From NCBI GenBank assembly GCA_008632985.1, contig QPGO01000087.1:248001-312000 (forward strand): a DNA stretch of 64,000 nt, in the 5' to 3' direction. Below are positions 58,001-64,000 of the stretch, one piece after another. The stretch's first letter is position 1, and each line of letters starts with the position of its first letter. The position numbers and the translations under genes were made by a program. The notes under the pieces were generated by a model. It searched no databases. It was not told where the DNA came from and was given only the letters and a program-made list of their open reading frames with translations. The DNA comes from Psammoneis japonica (lineage: Eukaryota).

Positions 58001-60950
58001 TGCAGTTGTGTGAGCCAGATTCAGAGAACCATTTCCAATTCTGCATTTTTCAAGCTTGTTTTGCCCTGCCATCTCTGTCATCTGTGATCCCTTGGTTCTT
58101 GAAAAATGCCATGGCAGCTGTTTGCGTGATGAGTGGGTTTGTCCAGAGAAAGCTGTTGACTGGTCTCGTGAAGCACTGGTTGACACCCATTGTTGCATGC
58201 CATGCTTGTTTTGCTCCTCACATGTTTCTTCCTTGACAAAAAAACCTCTGCACTGTTCCCACTTTGTCAAATCAACTGCTTCCAGCATTCCATCAGTGCT
58301 GCCCACCACCAGGCAGTTTCCGTCCAACTTGTCAAATGATGGCATCAATCTAACTTGTCACATTTGGTCAGACCCCAGGTTTCAGTGCAGTTGTGCCAAG
58401 CACATGATGATGCCTTGTCTCTGCGCCAGATGCAACCCATCTCATTTGCTGCCCATCCTGACTGCAAGTGTCCCAAGTCTAGAATGGAGACAGCACCATC
58501 ATCACCAACAGCGACAGCCAAAATTCCATTGCTGCAGTCCAGTCTGTGTCACACACAACCCCAGCATGTGGAACTGTTGCATTGCCAAGCATCTCAGGTT
58601 TCCGCAAGAGAACACAAAGATCAAAGCAAAACAGTGGCTTGAGAAAACAAAACAATTGATTCAATGGAGTCCATCACTTGTGAACACACCCATCAAAATG
58701 TCTTTCTTGGAACATCCCTGCACAGCTTTTTCACACTGTGGATCAACAGAGCACAAAAAGTCATCTGTGAAATGCACCTGGATGGCTCTGGGCATGCAGG
58801 GGTTGTTCAGATGCAGCACTGACAGATGGTGTGTGTGTTGTCAGTGGCATTGTGTGACAGCCCTTGTTTCCTTTCCTGTTGAGTGACACCCAATGGACAG
58901 CAAAATCAAACAACTGTTCACAAATGATTGCACGTGTGTCTTTGCTGCCCACCATTGCTGGACATGTGCCTGTGGCATTTTGCAATGCTGCTTCACATTT
59001 GCATTCAACATCGTGAATGCCTGAACAATTGACAATTTTTTCTGCAGGGTGTGGCCAGTTGCACAGCTGCGTTGAACCCAGATCATGTGCATGACCAGCT
59101 GGCCCTGCCCTGGCCAACTTCACATGTGTGTGTGCACAAAAGAACTGCTGAGGACCAGCCAAATGCGCACTTTTGAGTTCTTTGGTCTCATTTTGCGCCA
59201 AATGCACAAAAATGCGCCACTGCACAGAAACACAACAGGATCCTGCATGGTGTCACACTGAAATGTTGCATGCACTCATCATTGTGAGCGGGCAACTGCA
59301 GCTGCAACAGAAGCAATTGGCCCTCCACTCCACAGTGGAGACAAGAAGTGACAGCCACTGAACTCACCATTGCATGCATTTACAGCTGTCACCTGCTCAA
59401 GCAAGTGACAGCACTTGCTGTTCAGTCACTCAAATGTGCAATCTCAAGAATGTTGCACAGGATCTTGGTCACGGTTGTTGAAGCTCACAGCAGCTGTGGG
59501 GCCCAATGCCATGCTTCCACGTGCAATCACAACCCCCCCAATTTTTGCCAAAATGCATTTCCAGCCAACTGATGTTGTGCCAATGCAAAGTTCTTGACAA
59601 CTCATGGGGTTGCAAGGAGAGAGTTGCATCAGCCAGTTGCAGAGCTGTTGCTGAAATTTGTCCCTTGCACTTTCCTGTGCAATGGAGGTCATGCCCCATG
59701 AAAAGCTGCTTCCATTTTCAAATGCCCAATGCCAGGAACAGCGTGCACCTGTCACATTCTTGCAAGACACTGGTTTGGAGCACATGAGACCAAAAATGCT
59801 TGCATCTTGGGTGTTTCCATGTCTCCAGCTGACAGAGGGTCAAAGTCCAGCTAAACAAGTGGGTCACAGCACAGGATTCAAGACTCATCATTCAGGGCAC
59901 AACAAAGGGGAAAATTGAACCTTTCTCTCAACACCAAGGCAGTCTGGACAATGACATTAAAGCACAACCCACTTCATGGCTGTGCTCCATTTGTGAGTCA
60001 TTGCTGACCTCATGATGACTGTGTTTCACCTCTTTCATGCCAAAAATGTCCTTGAGTCCAGTCAAAGCCAACACAAAAATTGTTCTCCTGAACAGTTCAC
60101 AGTGCAAATTTCACATAAAAAAAAGGGTGTGGACACTTTCTGGACATGGACACAAGGAGACATGCCACACAATCCACAAAGATTCGCTGCAAAAGCCACA
60201 CTTTTGTGCTTTCACATCTCTGTGATTTGTCTGGAGTCTAAAGCAGACATGCACAAGGGAGAACTTCTGTTCACAAAAATTTTCATTCTGCAGGACAGCA
60301 GCATCAATGCAATTTTGTCACTGTGGTTGGCTGCTTTTTTTTTTGAACCACGCGCCAAGAATTTGTCAACAAAATCAATTCTCTTTGTTGTCTCAACAAT
60401 CTGACTCCCTCCAAATCAAAAGCGCAAGGGTGGAACCACTGAAGGCACTTCCTCAAAGTCTCAAAGTGTTGTTTTGAACCAAACAGTTGCTCTGTGCATG
60501 TGAACCCTGGCGCAGTGTCCCTTGCTTGTGTGATGATGGGCCAGAGCTGTTCTTGAGCCATCTCACTCTTGGTCCAAACAAATCCAACCTCCTGCACCAG
60601 CAATGTCTCACACTGCCACAACTTGATTGTTCATTGGTTTTTCTTGTGTTTCCATTGGCTTTGACTCAGCGGGTGCTCAAAACACAGATGGTGTTGGGTG
60701 CATGAAGAATCAGCACATGATGTGGCATCATGAATGTGACCAAAACAGCATGTTTCAAAACATCCCACCAAAATGCTTGTCTCTGATTGGACAATTGCAG
60801 TCACATGATGCATGGAGTTAGACAGAGCAATGGCTGCAAATGTCCAAAAAAGATGATGGTTCAGGCACCCATTGAAGCAACGCAATTGTTGCCATTGCAG
60901 TCAAAACATCAAAGTCATTTCAGACATTCACAAATGTTGCTTGCATCATC
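55100..60950. mobile_element. Heavily hypermutated, probably repeat-derived sequence, family not identifiable
   Basis: Almost no TpA or CpG over ~6 kb, coding-like remnants and an internal tandem duplication. Confidence 0.55.
56450..56860 (+). repeat. ~200-nt tandem duplication (period ~211 nt)
   Basis: atgatggaaatcacaa...gagtcaattgga.tcacctct at 56450-56648 and 56661-56858. Confidence 0.95.
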
Positions 60951-61629
60951 GAGATTCAAATCATCTCCTCTCTTCTCACAAATCTGATCAAAACCGATCG
61001 TTGAGATCTCTCTTCAGTTTGCACTCATAATTTCTCCGTGGAGAACTTTGACAACGACTTCTGCCATTCTGTTGCAACCTTGAGCTCTTGCTCTCACTGA
61101 CACAAGCTGCTTTGTTGCATCTTTAGTGGTTGCGAGTCCCAACATCGCACAGCGTTCGTTCCACCACCGGGAAAGCGCTGTCGACTGGGTCATCAAAGCT
61201 TCCATCCACCACCAACGTCGATTTGTTCGTTTCAACCAAACGGCCGCATTGTTTCACGTTCTGAACGACACCTCCAGTCGATGTCAGACACCACCTACGT
61301 CTCCACTAGCCGCCATCATTCGCTGACAAGCTGGCAGTTCACAACGCGTCAAGGACTCAACCTGCAATCTCCAACGCGTTCCGAATTTGAAACCACAACG
61401 TCCGTGCGTTTCAAACCAAACCCGGATCGAGTTCCTTCGACTCTCCGAGTCCCCCATCCCTCAAGAACAGCTCCTCAAGTGACGTCGCTGGTCACTTCTG
61501 TTGCACCATTGATTGTCGTAGTTGTTTGGCACGGTTCTGCAAGTGTTTTGACTCAAGAACGTTCCATTGCTCCATTGTCAAGTTGACTGCGTACATTTGG
61601 CACTGCAGCCACACAAAGTCATCTCTGCC

Positions 61630-64000
61630 ATGACGAGTGCCAACCCCTCTCCGCCCAAGACTCCACAATCGGGCACTCCTCCGCCTCCGCCTCCTCCTGC
61701 GGTTCCACAGAATCCGGCGCCGACGTCGCCCGGTTCACAATCTTGGACACAACCAATTCGTGGCGGAACTCACAAGGAACATGGTCGCTGCATGGGTGGA
61801 TCCCCGTTGGACGATGACCATCTCCCAAAACTCAAGCGGACCCATCGCTCTACCAACCAGTCTCGCGACAAGAAGATTCTTCCACACACAGAACGCAATC
61901 TCCGAGACGCTCGCAACAGAACCAACGTCATCAAGTTCAACGGAAACTTGGAGCTTCCCAACGGCAAGACAAATGAGCTCGACAAGGACCACTTCGTTCA
62001 ATCGGTCCACATGTTAGTTCACGAACATGGAATGGAACATTTCTTTGTCATGAAGCTCGGAGAGAAGGTCGTAGACCTCTTCGATCACCTCCACAGCTTC
62101 ACCGTCGACGAGGTCATTGCTGAGTGTGACGAACGCGTGAACAAAGCGACAGACGATTCGGCATACGATGAGCACGAGCATGACGACATCAACCTTGCCC
62201 GTCTCATCGTCGAGTCTCGTGTCACTCACCAGTTCCGCGAGAAAATTGAAACCCAGTTTGGCCATCGGGACCTCTTCCGTTACTTCCCTGGCCAAGTTAT
62301 TTTTATGATGGCGCTCGAAACCTGCAATGCCTCCGCCGTGCATGATGTCGCTCAAGCTTCTGACGATTTTGACGCTTTGACGCTTGATTCCTGTCCTGGC
62401 AAAGACTTTGCCGAATTTGCTGCCGAAGCGCTCTGTCTCACCAAGATCCTCCAAACAGGACATGCGCTGCCTGTCTCTCTCGGGTCCGATCTCCTTCGGA
62501 AGTGCTACAAGACCTCTGGCGAAGCGTTCAATCAAGCAATGTACGCCAAGTTAGATGACGTGACAGCCATGGAACGGAAATGTCGTTTAACGGACCCAGC
62601 GCCACTTGCCAAGGACAAGGATTGCTTCACTCTCGGTCCAACCGCATGCACCACATTCCTTCAGACGAAGCATCGCCACTTTGTCACCAATGAGGGCTGG
62701 CCTGGTCTTTCCACCAAGCTGCCTCAGGGCAACCACACTGAAGGCAAGGGCGCCTGCAATGCTTGCGGTGCTCTAGTCCATTGGGCTGACGATGAGTCAT
62801 GTCCCAAGTGTGCGGAACGTCAGCGCCTCAAGAAGCTTGCCCGTCAAAAACGGAAGGGTCAACAGCCATCAGGTGCTCCGTCACCTCCCGCTGCTGCTCC
62901 TGGTGCCATTGCTCCAGCGAATGCACCTGCGGATAAACAAGCAAAATTCAAGGAACTGTTGGCAAACGAGCCTCATCGTTGCACCCGTCCGGCCGATCTC
63001 AATCAAGCGGTCGTGAACAAGCATGGGTCGACTGCTCACTTTTGCACCAAGTGCACGTGCCGTCACACCGGTGTCAAAGGGTTTTACACTGGACACAAGG
63101 ATGCCGCCCATGCCAACAAGCCACCCAAGAAGGAACAGCCAGATGCCAATCTTGCATCCGTTGCTGATCCAGACTCTGGCGTGCCGGCTGGACCACCAGC
63201 TCAGACCACTCCCGACCCTTCGTCCACCAAGTCCGATGAATCGTCCGACGATGATGAGTCTCCCGTTTCTGAGGATGAACCAGTCTGGACCGGGGCCGGG
63301 ATTCATTGCTGTCCTGTTGAGGATGCATCCGATGATGCTGCTCCCCTTGCACGAGTCTCCGTCCTTTTGGGTCCTTCCGTCCAGAGGGAGCGGCCAGTGA
63401 TTTTGGTTGAAACAGTTGAACCAGAAGACGCTGACGATTTCAGCGAGTGCTGCGACACTTGCGACAATTTGGATTGGGGTGATTCTGTCATCCTCTTTCC
63501 GGCTTCGATGTTCCCAAAGGAGCCTCCTATCTTGGACGATCCACCACCTCCTGTCGAGTCCACTGACCTTGATGACGAGTTCTACGATGCAATCTCTGAG
63601 CCTGCTCCAAATGTCCTTGACCTGGAACCTCAGCCTGCTCATTGCTGGCTCTGGTCCCTCCTCAAGATCCCCATCTTCTGGCTCTCTGCACTTCTTTGGG
63701 AAGGCATGCTGTGGCTGGCAGGTGCTGGTGGTGATCCGCCGCCGCCCTCGCATTGCTGTCGCCGTCTCAAGCGCAAGCCCACTCCATTCAGTTGCCCGTG
63801 TTGGTGGGGCGTGATCTCATGTGCGATTGCGCTTTGGCTCTCCGTCTGTCTTGGACGAGCCCCGCCCCATCCGAGCGTTCCCTTGCAGCGCCCATGCTCT
63901 CAGACCCACAAGGTTGTCCAGGCTCTTGACGATCATGTCGTCTTGACTCCTGGCACCCTGCTGCAGTGTCATCATTTGAAGATCAAGCAGTTCAAGCATG
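61630..64000 (+). mobile_element. Ty1/Copia (CoDi-type) LTR retrotransposon gag(-pol) ORF, open to the window edge; presumptive LTR/leader upstream from ~61000
   Basis: 790 uninterrupted codons from ATG 61630 (not in the ORF track): PGQVIFMMALETCNAS, LTLDS(C)PG.DF.EFA.EAL, TG(H)ALP, GWP, zinc knuckle CNACG..VHWA....CP, FCTKC. These match my recollection of diatom Copia gag motifs; pol is not in the window. Confidence 0.8.

Noticed and set aside
61000..64000. Methyl-CpG deamination as the sole explanation
   Set aside because: It cannot produce Tyr->Cys/His or TA->TG, and CpG is still abundant in the TpA-depleted shoulders.

Overview
Eukaryotic nuclear DNA, almost certainly a diatom (short GT-AG introns, bipartite plastid-type presequences, Pro/Thr-rich secreted proteins, diatom-type Gypsy and Copia gag motifs). 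Gene-dense tracts (about 1-11.6 kb and 24-43 kb) encode an OSCA/CSC1-like channel, a metzincin, a CoaD-type PPAT, an MSS51/MYND protein, an aquaglyceroporin, an SDR, a YchJ/SEC-C protein, a hemerythrin-like protein, DPB4/POLE3, an amino-acid transporter, mitochondrial Lon, an ABC1 kinase and an AhpC/TSA-like protein with six tandem repeats. A tract of frameshifted or decayed genes follows (43.6-52 kb: MsrA-like, temptin-DBH, ThiD/ThiE). The most striking signal is compositional. Three sharply bounded domains (~5.7-6.8 kb, ~11.8-23.4 kb, ~53-64 kb) covering transposons and neighbouring genes have lost almost every TpA dinucleotide, converted to TpG or CpA (Tyr->Cys/His, Ile->Met/Thr, Leu->Pro). 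CpG loss is layered on top only in the older cores. This is the opposite direction to fungal RIP and is not explained by methyl-CpG deamination. It looks like a repeat-targeted A:T->G:C hypermutation (genome-defence) system. No CRISPR, rRNA or tRNA was recognised. All counts are by eye and should be recomputed.
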